A DNA stretch of 64,000 nt from Cyanobacteriota bacterium. GTDB taxonomy: Bacteria; Cyanobacteriota; Cyanobacteriia; Thermostichales; Thermostichaceae. The notes beneath the pieces are model-generated. The model did not search any database, was not told the DNA's origin, and was given only the letters and a program-made list of their open reading frames with translations. Of the stretch, positions 43,240-54,056 are shown piece after piece; the stretch's first letter is position 1; each line of letters opens with the position of its first letter. A program made the translations under genes and the position numbers. The stretch spans positions 1-64,000 of the forward strand of contig JANRIL010000005.1 in assembly GCA_033764955.1 (NCBI GenBank), read 5' to 3'.

Positions 43240-44886
43240 ATGCAAACGCCCAATTGTTTCTGTCTCAACCCTGCATGTCTGCAACCGGAGAACTTACCGG
43301 ATGCTGAGATTTGCAGCTCCTGCGGATCCCGGCTCCAGATTCGCAACCGTTACCGAGCCTTCAAAAAAATTGGTCAAGGGGGGTTCGGCGCAACCTTCCT
43401 AGCCCAGGATGGCGATCTGCCCTCCAAGCCATGGCGGGTGATCAAGCAACTGCGACCCGCTGAAAATTCCCCACAAATTGCCCAACTATCCCTAGAGCTA
43501 TTTAACCGCGAAGCACAGGTTTTAGAAAAACTGGGGGAACACTCACAAATCCCTAAGCTGTTTGCCTATTTTGAAGAAAATAGCAAGTTTTATCTGGTGC
43601 AAGAGTATATCCAAGGCATTACCCTCTCCCAAGAACTGCACCGCAATGGCGGCCCGATGAACGAGGAGCAAGTCCGCCAAATCATGCAGGAAATGTTATT
43701 GATATTGAGTTATGTTCACAGTCACAATACGGTTCACCGCGATATTAAGCCTGCTAACTTAATTCGCCGCAAAGCGGATCAGCGCTTGGTGCTCATTGAT
43801 TTCGGAGCGGTTAAAGAGTTGGGTCCACCCGGCAAAGAGCAGGCTGTAGAAGTCACAGCGATTCGTTCCCTGGGCTTTTCTCCCCCCGAACAAATCAATG
43901 GGCAACCGGTAGGTCCCCCCAGCGATCTCTATGCCCTAGCCGCCACTTGCATCAACTTGCTCACAATGGAGTCACCCGCCAAGTTTATTGATCAGAACCA
44001 AAACCGCTGGGATTGGTCTAGCCGTCTGCAACTGAGTCCTGAGTTTGATGCCATTCTCTACAAGATGTTGCAACCCGCCATCAATCTGCGCTACGCCTCG
44101 GCCACAGAGGTATTACGGGCACTGCAGGGCATGGGAGAAGAGGCTATCTCTCAACCGATTATCCTGCCCAAAAGCTATGGGCCAGCACCAACGGCGGCTC
44201 CTCCTTCACCGCTGATTTCCGGTCACTGGGGATCCCGTCGATCCGAAGGCTTTCAGCCTGTCCCTACTGTGCGCCCTCCCATAACGGGCAGTAGTGGCGG
44301 CTTTACCAGCGGCGGGAGTGGCCTCTCGATGAGCGGAGGGCGCACCAGCACCACAGGGTTTAGTCGTACCCAGCCCACCACACCCAGGGTTGTCTCCATG
44401 GCGGGAGCCGATCTGCGGGGGAAATCTTTTACCAACCAAAACCTTTCTGGTCGAGATATGCGGCGGGCGGACATCCGCGGTACGGATTTCTCCGGTGCCA
44501 ACCTACAACGCTCGGATCTGCGGGGCATTATCTTTAACAAGCCCCAGCCCCCTTGGCTACGTACCCTCAGTTGGATTTTTGGGCAAGCCAAGACCCTAAC
44601 GGGCATTGCTGCTGGGTTAGCCGCCCTCATGGGGGCGGGGATTGTGGCCTTTTTAGTGGTGTTTAAGTTGGTAGGGTACTTTTGGGTAGCCATCGCGGCG
44701 GCGGTGATGGGGGCGGTGATGGCCTGGTCAGCCATCTGGTCGCTGACGGGACGAGTCAGCCTCACCCGCTATAACGAGGAACATAGCAAACGCCATACCT
44801 CCCTCCGCAAGACTGATTTGCGGGGTGCTCAAATGGAAGATAAACTCCGACAATTTGCCCGCCATCAGGGAGCTATCCTTGACTAA
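43240..44886 (+). CDS. Ser/Thr protein kinase with pentapeptide repeats and TM segments
   Basis: CLNP.C zinc motif, GQGGFG, HRDIKPAN, DFG, ADLRG repeats. Confidence 0.93.
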   Translation: MQTPNCFCLNPACLQPENLPDAEICSSCGSRLQIRNRYRAFKKIGQGGFGATFLAQDGDLPSKPWRVIKQLRPAENSPQIAQLSLELFNREAQVLEKLGEHSQIPKLFAYFEENSKFYLVQEYIQGITLSQELHRNGGPMNEEQVRQIMQEMLLILSYVHSHNTVHRDIKPANLIRRKADQRLVLIDFGAVKELGPPGKEQAVEVTAIRSLGFSPPEQINGQPVGPPSDLYALAATCINLLTMESPAKFIDQNQNRWDWSSRLQLSPEFDAILYKMLQPAINLRYASATEVLRALQGMGEEAISQPIILPKSYGPAPTAAPPSPLISGHWGSRRSEGFQPVPTVRPPITGSSGGFTSGGSGLSMSGGRTSTTGFSRTQPTTPRVVSMAGADLRGKSFTNQNLSGRDMRRADIRGTDFSGANLQRSDLRGIIFNKPQPPWLRTLSWIFGQAKTLTGIAAGLAALMGAGIVAFLVVFKLVGYFWVAIAAAVMGAVMAWSAIWSLTGRVSLTRYNEEHSKRHTSLRKTDLRGAQMEDKLRQFARHQGAILD

Positions 44887-45353
44887 GCTAAGCTCATATC
44901 CTCCGGGGGAAGCGGGATCCCTTGCAGGTAGCGGTTAACCTGGGCTTGCAGATCCGCCTGCATCACGCTTTTTCCCACCTGCCGCTCTCCCGCTTGGTCA
45001 TAAAACAACAACCCCTCCGCCTGCTGAAGCCCCAATCCCAAAAAGAGAATGGACAAAACCTCCAGGGGCACAACCTGTAAAGGGAGATTTTGCAGGGATA
45101 ACTCCTGCTGAGTAGTCTGGGCATCCGACTCATGACCATAGGCCAACAGCCAGCGCTGCCCTTCTTGGCTCCGCAGGGTTAGCCAACTTTCATCGGGATA
45201 TCGCAGCAAAAAATATTCCTGATAGTTCAGGGATCCCGCCACCTCCTGCAATACCATCACTACCTGTTCCATGACCGCCATCGGTAACTCCTGCTCATGA
45301 GCCGACTGCAAGAGGGTCTGAGCTTGCTCCGTCAAATCGCGCACCATTGACAA
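44883..45353 (-). CDS. Hypothetical protein
   Basis: 156-aa ORF, plausible composition. Confidence 0.6.
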   Translation of the reverse strand: MSMVRDLTEQAQTLLQSAHEQELPMAVMEQVVMVLQEVAGSLNYQEYFLLRYPDESWLTLRSQEGQRWLLAYGHESDAQTTQQELSLQNLPLQVVPLEVLSILFLGLGLQQAEGLLFYDQAGERQVGKSVMQADLQAQVNRYLQGIPLPPEDMSLA

Positions 45354-45388
45354 ACTTCCTTGCTTAAAGCCATAATGATTTTCCTGCT

Positions 45389-45462
45389 GGGGTTGTAGTT
45401 CAATTGGTTAGAGCACCGCCCTGTCACGGCGGAAGTTGCGGGTTCGAGCCCCGTCAACCCCG
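45389..45462 (+). tRNA. tRNA-Asp(GTC)
   Basis: GGGGTTG/CAACCCC acceptor, anticodon loop CT-GTC-AC, GGTTCGAGCC. Confidence 0.97.
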
Positions 45463-45539
45463 TAGATTCCACCAGCATCTTTCTTTTTAGCGAAAATCAG
45501 CTACCGTTAACGATATGCCTGATTCCAGGAGGGATCCTA

Positions 45540-46301
45540 GTGGCTATTATTGTGCTGAGAGCCTGGTATTTGGATTCTGTCTTATCCGTTGCTCAGGTAC
45601 AACATACCAACCCTGACTTGCGGCTAAGCCGAACGGGCTTGCTCAAGACGGCCATGCGAGCTGATTTTTTGGACGATGTAGAGCAGGTTAAACAGTCTCT
45701 CTGGTTTCAGCGATATCTGGAAGGGGAGTTGGTGGAGTTTTATATTGAAGGGAGTGGAGCCTATAGCATCTCTAACCTTGACCTGATCAGCCGAGAGATG
45801 TATTTCAACAAGCGTAACACCCTCACCACGATTGAACCGATGATTGTCTATTGTGGTCAGGCGGTTGATGACGAGTCGAGCCAAGCGATCAGCAGAGTAC
45901 TGACCACTTTGGTGGAAACCGTGAATCGCAAGCAATCCCCTTTGTTACCGTTGCAGCTAGAGGTGGTCATCGAAGATGGTGGCTTAACCCTTGATGCGGC
46001 TTTGGTTCGCAAACTCAAACATGCGCTGTTGGTGGTAGCAGATGTGACCCCCATCGCTGCACTACCGGATCAACGGCTCCTGCCCAGTCCCCACGTTTGT
46101 GTGGCGGTTGGCTACGCCCTGCAAAGCAAACGACCAGATCAGATCCTCCTGGTGCAACTGGAGCGGCAGGGCTATCAGGGGCGATTTCCCTTTGAGGTAG
46201 AAGGCAGTAGCTATCTCAGTCTCAAGGATGCCAAACAGTTGCAGGAACAGCTCACTACTACGGTGCTGCGCCAACTGCAACGAGCTAAGCTCATCTCCTA
46301 G
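45540..46301 (+). CDS. Conserved cyanobacterial hypothetical protein
   Basis: MAIIVLRAWYL..DLRLS..GLLK.AMRADFLD..YLEGE.VEFYIEGSG. Confidence 0.75.
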   Translation: MAIIVLRAWYLDSVLSVAQVQHTNPDLRLSRTGLLKTAMRADFLDDVEQVKQSLWFQRYLEGELVEFYIEGSGAYSISNLDLISREMYFNKRNTLTTIEPMIVYCGQAVDDESSQAISRVLTTLVETVNRKQSPLLPLQLEVVIEDGGLTLDAALVRKLKHALLVVADVTPIAALPDQRLLPSPHVCVAVGYALQSKRPDQILLVQLERQGYQGRFPFEVEGSSYLSLKDAKQLQEQLTTTVLRQLQRAKLIS

Positions 46302-46510
46302 CTAGGGGTTTGTCTGCCTGTTGGGTAGGGGATCCCTTGGGATTCTCGAACTGGGGGGATCTGTAAAGATGGGGATCTTTGATAAAAATAAAGTCTGGAT
46401 AAGATCTGGAAAAATTGAGGCTCGATTGGGTTCTCGCTTCCAACTTCTCTTCGCTCAACCTAACTTTCATCGTTCATGAACAACGACCATTGCATCACAA
46501 GGGGGATGGC

Positions 46511-47710
46511 ATGAGTGTGGCAGAATCATCATCGGTAGCACTGGAAAACAACACAGCGGCGGATCGGTTTCAAGATCTTCTCAACGGCTCGATCCTCGCT
46601 TTATTGGCCGGCATCCCTATCTCCTTTCTGGGGTTCTTTCTGCATTGGGATCCCACCCTGATCTTTTTGTCCTCAGCCCTCTCCTTGATTCCCCTGGCCA
46701 AATTTATGGGGCAGTTGACCGAAGAGATTGCCGCCGTGACCGGACCCACCATCGGGGGTTTGATGAATGCCACCTTTGGCAACACCACCGAATTGATCAT
46801 TGGCTTGATTGCCCTGAAAGCGGGCTTGGTGGATGTGGTGAAAGCCTCCCTAACGGGTTCGATTATCAGCAACCTGCTGCTGGTGGCAGGGTTTTCTATG
46901 TTTTTGGGGGGCATCAAGTTTAAGGAGCAAAGCTTTCAACCGGTGGTGGCGCGGGTGAATGCCTCCGTGATGAATCTGGCGGTGGTGGCGTTGCTCTTGC
47001 CCAGTGTGGTGAAACTGAGTGCCCAAGATTTGGGAGAACTTTCCATCCAAGAATTGTCCAGTGTGGTAGCGATTGTTTTGATTGCGGTCTATGGCCTGAC
47101 CCTCCTCTTCTCCCTCAAGACCCACAGCTATCTTTACGATATTCATGAGGCGGAAGTGGAAGCAGTAGAGGCAGCCGAATTGGCAGCACCGAATCCCGTC
47201 CTCCAGGCGGAGGGATCCATTCCCCAGGTATTAAAGGCTCCCGAACGGGTGGGGCTGTGGGTGTGGGTGTTGGGGTTGTTGGGGTTGACGGTGTTGGTGG
47301 CAATCGAGTCTGAACTGCTGGTGGATACTCTGGATGCTGCCCTTGAACAATTTGCTGTTACTCCCTTGTTTTTGGGGGTGATTTTTTTGCCGATCATTGG
47401 CAATGCCGCCGAACATGCCACCGCCGTCACCGTAGCCATGAAAAACAAAATGGACTTGTCCTTCTCGGTGTCCCTGGGATCCACCATGCAGATTGCCCTA
47501 TTTGTGGCTCCGGTGCTGGTGTTGGTGGGAGATCTGATTGGACAGCCGATGGATTTTAATTTCAGTATTGTCGAGTTGGTGGCGATTGCGGTTTCGGTCT
47601 TGTTGGTCAACTCGGTAAGCAGTGATGGACGCTCGAATTGGCTGGAGGGACTGTTATTGCTGGCTACCTATGTCATTTTAGGGACAGCATTCTTCTTTTT
47701 GCCTGCCTAG
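46511..47710 (+). CDS. cax: Ca2+/H+ antiporter (CAX/ChaA)
   Basis: NATFGNTTE, GSIISNLLL, GNAAEH, SNWLEG. Confidence 0.93.
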   Translation: MSVAESSSVALENNTAADRFQDLLNGSILALLAGIPISFLGFFLHWDPTLIFLSSALSLIPLAKFMGQLTEEIAAVTGPTIGGLMNATFGNTTELIIGLIALKAGLVDVVKASLTGSIISNLLLVAGFSMFLGGIKFKEQSFQPVVARVNASVMNLAVVALLLPSVVKLSAQDLGELSIQELSSVVAIVLIAVYGLTLLFSLKTHSYLYDIHEAEVEAVEAAELAAPNPVLQAEGSIPQVLKAPERVGLWVWVLGLLGLTVLVAIESELLVDTLDAALEQFAVTPLFLGVIFLPIIGNAAEHATAVTVAMKNKMDLSFSVSLGSTMQIALFVAPVLVLVGDLIGQPMDFNFSIVELVAIAVSVLLVNSVSSDGRSNWLEGLLLLATYVILGTAFFFLPA

Positions 47711-47763
47711 CCGACCCGCCTAGAATGGCAGGTGATTATGTTTTGCCACTGGAGTAAGCCGCT

Positions 47764-48318
47764 ATGGAGAGACTAGGGATGTGGGCAAGAGGGTGGATCT
47801 GGCCCCTGTTGCTGCTGCTCAGCTTGACCATCACTCCTGTGGCGGCTTTTGCCCAGTGGGGGACAACCTTGCTACCGGAGGTGGGATCCTTAGCGCCTGT
47901 TTTTGCCCTACCGGATCAAGAGGGACATCTCCGGCATCTGGAGGATTTTCGTGGGGAGTGGGTGGTGCTGTATTTTTATCCGAAAGACTTTACCTCCGGC
48001 TGCACCATCGAGGCGCGTCGCTTTCAGCAGGATCTCAAGCAATATCGGGCTTTGCACGCTCAAGTGGTGGGCATTAGCGCCGACTCGGTGGATTCCCACC
48101 GTGAATTTTGTTCCGCCGAAAGACTTCAGTTTCCCCTCTTATCCGACTCGGAAGGCTATGTCAGTCAGGTTTATGGCTCCTGGATGGGGGATGTCGCCCT
48201 CCGCAATACCTTCTTGATTGATCCCGAAGGGATCCTGCAAGCGATCTTTCCGATTGTCTATCCGGCTCAGCACAGCAGCGAGGTGTTAGCCGCCCTGAAA
48301 CAACAACAATCGGCCTAA
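47764..48318 (+). CDS. Peroxiredoxin BCP/PrxQ
   Basis: YFYPKDFTSGCTIEA. Confidence 0.92.
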   Translation: MERLGMWARGWIWPLLLLLSLTITPVAAFAQWGTTLLPEVGSLAPVFALPDQEGHLRHLEDFRGEWVVLYFYPKDFTSGCTIEARRFQQDLKQYRALHAQVVGISADSVDSHREFCSAERLQFPLLSDSEGYVSQVYGSWMGDVALRNTFLIDPEGILQAIFPIVYPAQHSSEVLAALKQQQSA

Positions 48319-48935
48319 ATTCTGCTTCCCCCCTGCCAACGTTGAATAAGATCCGTATCAATCCCCAATTGATCCAGGGCTTTTACCACCACAAAATCAA
48401 CTAAATCCAAAATCGTCTGAGGCTGATGATACCAAGCCGGAATAGCAGGCACAATTTTGACTCCGGCTTCCGCCAGCGCTGTCAAATTCCGCAGGTGAAT
48501 CAGACTGAAGGGGGTTTCCCGTGGTACGACAACCAGCGGTCGCCCCTCTTTGATCTGGACATCGGCGGCTCGTTCCAGCAGATCCGAACTGAGTCCGGTG
48601 GCGAGTTTGGCAACCGTGCTCATGCTACAGGGAATGACCATCATCCCCAGGGTGCGAAAGGAACCACTGGCAATAGTAGCGGCGACATCCCCCCAGCGAT
48701 GACAGGTGAGGGATCCCGCGCCTGGGGGAACCGCCGCTTGCTCTCGCCAAAAAGCGGCTTGGGCTTGCGGATCGATGGGAACGTGGGTTTGATGTTCTGC
48801 CTGCCACACCTGAAAAGAAGCCCTGGAGGCCACCAGCTCGACGGCGTATCCTTGAGAAAGTAGGGCGGAGAGGGTACGCACCGCGTAGAGCATACCGGAG
48901 GCTCCGGCAACCCCGACAATAATGGGCTGAGGCAA
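48315..48935 (-). CDS. ubiX: Flavin prenyltransferase
   Basis: GASG, IASGS, PCSM, RAADV.IKEGR, PRETP, PAWY. Confidence 0.95.
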   Translation of the reverse strand: MPQPIIVGVAGASGMLYAVRTLSALLSQGYAVELVASRASFQVWQAEHQTHVPIDPQAQAAFWREQAAVPPGAGSLTCHRWGDVAATIASGSFRTLGMMVIPCSMSTVAKLATGLSSDLLERAADVQIKEGRPLVVVPRETPFSLIHLRNLTALAEAGVKIVPAIPAWYHQPQTILDLVDFVVVKALDQLGIDTDLIQRWQGGSRI

Positions 48936-48967
48936 GGAAAACGCTCCGGCAGATGGGCTTCTTTAGC

Positions 48968-50185
48968 CTAGCTTGCGTTGGCAGGGTGAGTCGATCTCTC
49001 CCTACCTTGCCCCAAGTAGGTTTCCACGCAGCGCAAAAAGATTTCCACCCCCAGCCCCAGCGCGGTTTCATCAAAGTCAAAGCGGGGATGGTGGTGGGGA
49101 AAATCCAAGCCTTTGGCGGCATTGGCGGATCCCAAAAAGAAGTAGCAGCCTGGGACTTTTTCCAAAAAGAAAGATATGTCTTCTCCACCCATGGTCATTT
49201 CTGGATGGATCACAGAAGGGGATCCCAGTACCTGCTCAGCCACCGTTTTCACCAAAGCGGCGATGGTTGGATCGTTGACTACGGCTGGATAGTGCCGTTG
49301 ATAATCCAATTCAAAAGTAGCGGCATGAGCTTGACAAAGGCCAGCTACTACCTCCTCAATCCGGCGAGGCATTAACTCCGCCACCTCGGCATCAAACGTG
49401 CGAACAGTTCCCTTCAACTCAGCGGTGGGGGCAATCACATTAAACACATCTCCCGCCTTAAAACTGCCCACCGATAGGACAGCAGGCAAGAGGGGATTGA
49501 CATTGCGGGAAACAATCGTTTGTAGCGCCATCACCACTTGGGATCCCAGGACAATCGTGTCGATGGTCTGGTGGGGCATCGCACCATGTCCCCCGCGACC
49601 GTAGAGGGTGAGAGTAAAGTGATCGGCAAAGGCCATGGAAGGACCACTTTTTACCCCTACGCTTCCTAGGGGCAAGTTATTCCAAAGATGCAGCCCAATC
49701 ATCGCCTCCACATCGGGATCCCGTAACACCCCTGCCGCAATCATCGGCTTTGCCCCCCCTGGCTTTTCTTCGGCGGGCTGAAAGATCACCTTGACAGATC
49801 CGCTTAACTGCATTCGTTGTTCCTGCAAAAGCTTGACAGTTCCCAGCGCAATCGCGGTATGTCCGTCATGACCACAGGCGTGCATCACATGCTCATGTTG
49901 GGAGCGATAAGACACCTCGTTCATTTCTTGAATGGGTAAAGCATCCATGTCCGCCCGCAGTGCCAGGGTGCGCCCAGGTGAACCGCCCTCGATCAGAGCC
50001 ACAATGCCAGTTTGAGCAATCCCCGCTCGATAACTAACCCCCCAATGATCCAGCAACTTGCAAATATAGGCTGCCGTCTGCCGCTCCCCAAACCCTAACT
50101 CTGGATATTGATGGATACGCCGCCGCCAAGTCACCAAGTCTGGTTGTAATAATTGCACCGCAGGTCGCAGATCAGCAGCAAACAT
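48968..50185 (-). CDS. M20D family amidohydrolase
   Basis: RADMDALP, MHACGHDGH, QPAEE, GGHG, GGED, HHHP.F. Confidence 0.93.
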   Translation of the reverse strand: MFAADLRPAVQLLQPDLVTWRRRIHQYPELGFGERQTAAYICKLLDHWGVSYRAGIAQTGIVALIEGGSPGRTLALRADMDALPIQEMNEVSYRSQHEHVMHACGHDGHTAIALGTVKLLQEQRMQLSGSVKVIFQPAEEKPGGAKPMIAAGVLRDPDVEAMIGLHLWNNLPLGSVGVKSGPSMAFADHFTLTLYGRGGHGAMPHQTIDTIVLGSQVVMALQTIVSRNVNPLLPAVLSVGSFKAGDVFNVIAPTAELKGTVRTFDAEVAELMPRRIEEVVAGLCQAHAATFELDYQRHYPAVVNDPTIAALVKTVAEQVLGSPSVIHPEMTMGGEDISFFLEKVPGCYFFLGSANAAKGLDFPHHHPRFDFDETALGLGVEIFLRCVETYLGQGRERSTHPANAS

Positions 50186-50444
50186 GGCAAGAACATCCTC
50201 AAAACGAAACCAACAACGCAACCCATCAAGGGATCCCCCTTGGTAAGTGGGCTTTTATCCTGGCACGTCCCGTGGCCTCGTTGCATCTCTGTCCATCCCT
50301 CAAACCACTAGCCTGGGGGGATAGGGGAAGATACCCAACGGAATGTTATCTAGTTAAGAAGTTTTCCTTAAGAAACGGCATTGACACTGTAACGAAACAT
50401 GACAATAATTGGACTATATAAACAAAGCTTTTAGGAATGTATCG

Positions 50445-50549
50445 ATGGAAATCCTTCAATTAGGGTCGATGACCTGGGTTTATGTGGCTATCTTTGGGGC
50501 ACTGATTTGGAGCATCTGGGGACGCTCTGAGGATGACATCATGTTCTAA
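50445..50549 (+). CDS. PetN-like small membrane protein (34 aa)
   Basis: MEILQLGSMTWVYVAIFGALIWSIWGRSEDDIMF; AGGA RBS and TTGACA upstream; below the ORF-track cutoff. Confidence 0.55.
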   Translation: MEILQLGSMTWVYVAIFGALIWSIWGRSEDDIMF

Positions 50550-50713
50550 GCCGATCTGAGCGTGACTGGCTCTCAATTCTGAATATTCTCAGCTACAGCC
50601 AACCTTGCGATGGATTTGGCATTAGCCTGAAAATCCCTCAAGCCCTTTGGCTTATTTCAGGTCAGGCAGTGGGAATACAAATATTTCGGGAAATAAAGGG
50701 ATCCCTCTTACCT

Positions 50714-52462
50714 CTACTGGAATTGCCGCAGGTGAAACTGGGCGTAGCGTCCCTTGCTGGCGATGAGCTGGTCATGATTGCCGATTTCGACGATCCGCCC
50801 TTCCTCAATGACAAAGATGCGGTGAGCATTGCGAACTGTGGAGAGGCGGTGGGCGATCACAAACACCGTGCATTTCTGCATCAAACGCTGGAGAGCCTCT
50901 TGAACAAGCGCTTCCGACTCATTGTCGAGGGCAGAGGTGGCCTCATCCAGGATTAAAATCTTGGGGTTAAGCAGGACAGCTCTGGCAATGGCTAAACGTT
51001 GTCGTTGCCCACCGGAGAGATTGGTGCCCCGCTCCCCCACCACCGTGGCATATTGATCGGGAAAGGCGGAAATAAAGTCATGGGCGTTAGCAATTTGAGC
51101 AGCTCGTATGACTTCCTCTAGATCAAAAGTTTCTTGTCCATAGGCAATATTGCTGGCGATGGTGCCAGAAAATAAAGTGATTTCCTGGGGAACAATGCCA
51201 ATTTGGCGGCGCAAACTCTTCAAGTTGACCGTTTTGACATCCCGATCATCAATCAAAATCCGTCCCTGTTGTGGGTCATAAAAACGAGGAATTAAGCTGA
51301 CCAGAGTGGATTTTCCAGCCCCAGAGGATCCCACTAGAGCCACAATTTCCCCAGGCTGAACCTGAAAATCAATCTGCTTGAGTACGGAATAGTCTGGCTT
51401 ATAGGCAAAGGTTACCTGTTGAAAGGTTACATAGCCTTTGACAGGAGGCAGATCAGGTGCATCGGGAGCATCTTGTACCTGTGATTTAGCATCTAACAAT
51501 TCAAAGATCCGATCAACCGACGCCTCTCCTTGCTTCAATTCACTGTAGTTATGAGTAATGTGAACAATCGGATCAATCAACAGAGCAATACCAGCAACAA
51601 ATCCTAAAAACTGGTTGCCCGTCAAGTTTCCTTGACTGATTTGCCAGCCCCCCAACCAAAATACTAACAACACACTCATGGCATACAAAAAGCCAATCAC
51701 TGGATCTTGCACCGATTTGAGTTGTTCGGTTTGAAAACGAGCCGCTCGATTATATTCAGCAATCGAACTAAATCGCCTGATTTCATAGTCTTCCGCCGCA
51801 AAGGCACGAATCAGGCTAATACCACTAAATACTTCCGTAAGCAAAGCCGCTAAATCGGAGACACGCTCTTGACTGAGGCGGGATTGACTCAGTAACTTTT
51901 CCCCAAACCAACTGATCAAAACTCCCATCAACGGAGCAACAACTAGGGTGGCTACGGTGAGCGTGACATTCAGATAGAGCATGTAGGCCAAAACCGAGAC
52001 AATCGTTAGTACGCTCGGAATAAAGCGATGGAAGAAATTTTGGACGACTTCCCCCAGTCGATCTAAATCTTCCGTCAGGCGATAGACGAGATCCCCCGTG
52101 CGGGTGGCCGAAAAATAATCCAAATCCAGCAATTGCAGGTGGGCGTAAACCGCCTGCCGAAGTTCCAAGACCATTTGTAGGGTTGCCTTCGCCATGAGGG
52201 CGTCTTGCCCGTATTGAAAAGCGCCCCGAATAATAAAAAAGATGATGCCGACCAGGGCAAGCTGACCGATTTGCCGGAGATTACCTTGCCCAACCGAGCG
52301 AGCCACTTGCTCGATCAAGTAAGCCAATGTCGGCATGGTTAGAACAAACCCAACCGTACATCCCAATCCAGCAAGGAAGGTGTTGAGATGTCCCTGAATA
52401 TAAGGAATCAGACGGCGATAGTTGCGACCAAAAGGCACGTTGGAGGGGTCGAAATGCCTCAT
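50714..52462 (-). CDS. ABC transporter, fused permease/ATPase (MsbA-like)
   Basis: TM domain; GSSGAGKS, LSGGQRQR, DEATSALD. Confidence 0.92.
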   Translation of the reverse strand: MRHFDPSNVPFGRNYRRLIPYIQGHLNTFLAGLGCTVGFVLTMPTLAYLIEQVARSVGQGNLRQIGQLALVGIIFFIIRGAFQYGQDALMAKATLQMVLELRQAVYAHLQLLDLDYFSATRTGDLVYRLTEDLDRLGEVVQNFFHRFIPSVLTIVSVLAYMLYLNVTLTVATLVVAPLMGVLISWFGEKLLSQSRLSQERVSDLAALLTEVFSGISLIRAFAAEDYEIRRFSSIAEYNRAARFQTEQLKSVQDPVIGFLYAMSVLLVFWLGGWQISQGNLTGNQFLGFVAGIALLIDPIVHITHNYSELKQGEASVDRIFELLDAKSQVQDAPDAPDLPPVKGYVTFQQVTFAYKPDYSVLKQIDFQVQPGEIVALVGSSGAGKSTLVSLIPRFYDPQQGRILIDDRDVKTVNLKSLRRQIGIVPQEITLFSGTIASNIAYGQETFDLEEVIRAAQIANAHDFISAFPDQYATVVGERGTNLSGGQRQRLAIARAVLLNPKILILDEATSALDNESEALVQEALQRLMQKCTVFVIAHRLSTVRNAHRIFVIEEGRIVEIGNHDQLIASKGRYAQFHLRQFQ

Positions 52463-52666
52463 TATCATACACAATCTTGGACACCATCTTGGGTCGGCAG
52501 GGATCCCTGCGCGCCTCGCCTGACTAAGGGTGCTGCCAACCGTTACGAGGAGAGCGTGAATTTTATAGCATTGGCTTCCTTTGGTTTGGAAGGTCAGTAC
52601 TGTCAACCAAATCCCTAGCGTCAACAGCGCTAACTATCCAAACCAAGTCTCCAACCCCAGTAGCCA

Positions 52667-53200
52667 TCAACGGGACAACGGCAAAAAGTCATCAATCCAG
52701 TTTTTTAGCTTTTGGGCAATCGGGCGGGGATCCCCATCCTGAGCATAGGGTTTGCGGGGGCTGGTCAGATCAAACACAGGTAACTCCTCCCCCGACTGGA
52801 AGTGCAGATACACCTGGCAACGGTACAAAAAAGCATCCTCGGCATATTTATCAATGACTTCACGAGCCTCACGCCGTAGCCGTACCTCCCTAATCTGGGA
52901 GAGGGGACGGCGAAAGCGACGGCGTGGGATCCCTAGTCGGTGCTGCCAAAAAATCACCTGATCTCGCTGGCGATCTAAGATCAAGCTCTCCCCCCAATTC
53001 CAAGGGATCCCTAGCGGTAGAGCGATGATCAGGCAAAATCCCCCCAACAGCCAAGAGCGCCCTCCCCACTCCCACCCCACCCAAAGCAACAGCAATGCCC
53101 CTCCTAGCCGTAGCAAGAGTTGGCGGTGGCTGAAGGGCATGGTACGCAGCAAGAGTCGCTGAGGAGCAAGGACATGGCGAGAGAGATAGGCTATGGGCAT
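52667..53200 (-). CDS. Hypothetical membrane protein
   Basis: Two TM segments followed by a basic beta domain. Confidence 0.65.
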   Translation of the reverse strand: MPIAYLSRHVLAPQRLLLRTMPFSHRQLLLRLGGALLLLWVGWEWGGRSWLLGGFCLIIALPLGIPWNWGESLILDRQRDQVIFWQHRLGIPRRRFRRPLSQIREVRLRREAREVIDKYAEDAFLYRCQVYLHFQSGEELPVFDLTSPRKPYAQDGDPRPIAQKLKNWIDDFLPLSR

Positions 53201-53319
53201 GAGCCGAATCCGTCAGAAACTACTCTCATATTCCCTGATTCTTCGGGAGGCTTCTCCTATTTACCTGGGATGGTTGCGTTGGATCTAAACGGGATAGCTA
53301 GCACGTAGATAGGCTCGAA

Positions 53320-53367
53320 CTCAGCACCAGATGCTCTCAACCGTCCGCTGCCTTTGAATGGTTAGGC
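53320..53367 (-). other. Truncated attC (R''/L'' half only), distal array boundary
   Basis: TCAACCGTCCGCTGCCTTTGAATGGTTAGGC matches the corresponding half of attC 57855-57941; the other arm is absent. Confidence 0.7.
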
Positions 53368-53411
53368 TATGTCGCTTAATCGCTTGACTTTGTTCTGGTG
53401 CATTGGGATTG

Positions 53412-53891
53412 TTATGGGGAGGAATTTCCCAGTGCTTTCCGGAAAATGATTTTGTCGTCTCCAGCCTTGTAAAATTCTCGAATTCTCGCTTCCTCGTCAT
53501 AGCCACTTTTGCGGTAAAACCCACGAACGTACTCAAATTCCTCCAGTCCGGACGTTTCTACCAATAGCACACGCTCACCGTACTTAGTCAGCATTTGCTC
53601 AACATGGTTCAACAAAGCCGCTCCACGTCCCTGTCTTTGGTAGTTGGGATGAATAGCGATTAAATGGAGAGTCCACGTTCCCTCTGTCATACGTTCTGGT
53701 GCAACGTAGGCAACACCCACTAGCTCATTATCGTAGTCGCTAAACCACATACCTTGGCTGTCTGTTTCATCACTGAAATGCTGGTTTAGCATTTGAGCCA
53801 GTTCTTCAATTTGATTTGACTCGAAAAGTCCAGTCGCCTCTGCCAAAGCAAGTAATGCATTCGTGTCATCGGGCGTAGCCAGTCGAATCAT
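53412..53891 (-). CDS. GNAT acetyltransferase (cassette 7)
   Basis: IAIHPNYQRQGRG, LLVETSG, FY.K.GY. Confidence 0.9.
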   Translation of the reverse strand: MIRLATPDDTNALLALAEATGLFESNQIEELAQMLNQHFSDETDSQGMWFSDYDNELVGVAYVAPERMTEGTWTLHLIAIHPNYQRQGRGAALLNHVEQMLTKYGERVLLVETSGLEEFEYVRGFYRKSGYDEEARIREFYKAGDDKIIFRKALGNSSP

Positions 53892-54056
53892 AATGAGTTC
53901 TAGTCAAGGCTTATACTTTTGCTTTCATTATTCAAGCACCAACATTAAAATCCTCCATTGCCTCAATAAGAAATTCCTGAGATATTTGGAGCTAACAGAT
54001 AACCTTTTAGCTACCGCCCCAACCGTTGATTTAAGCCGGATAAGATATGTATTAAC

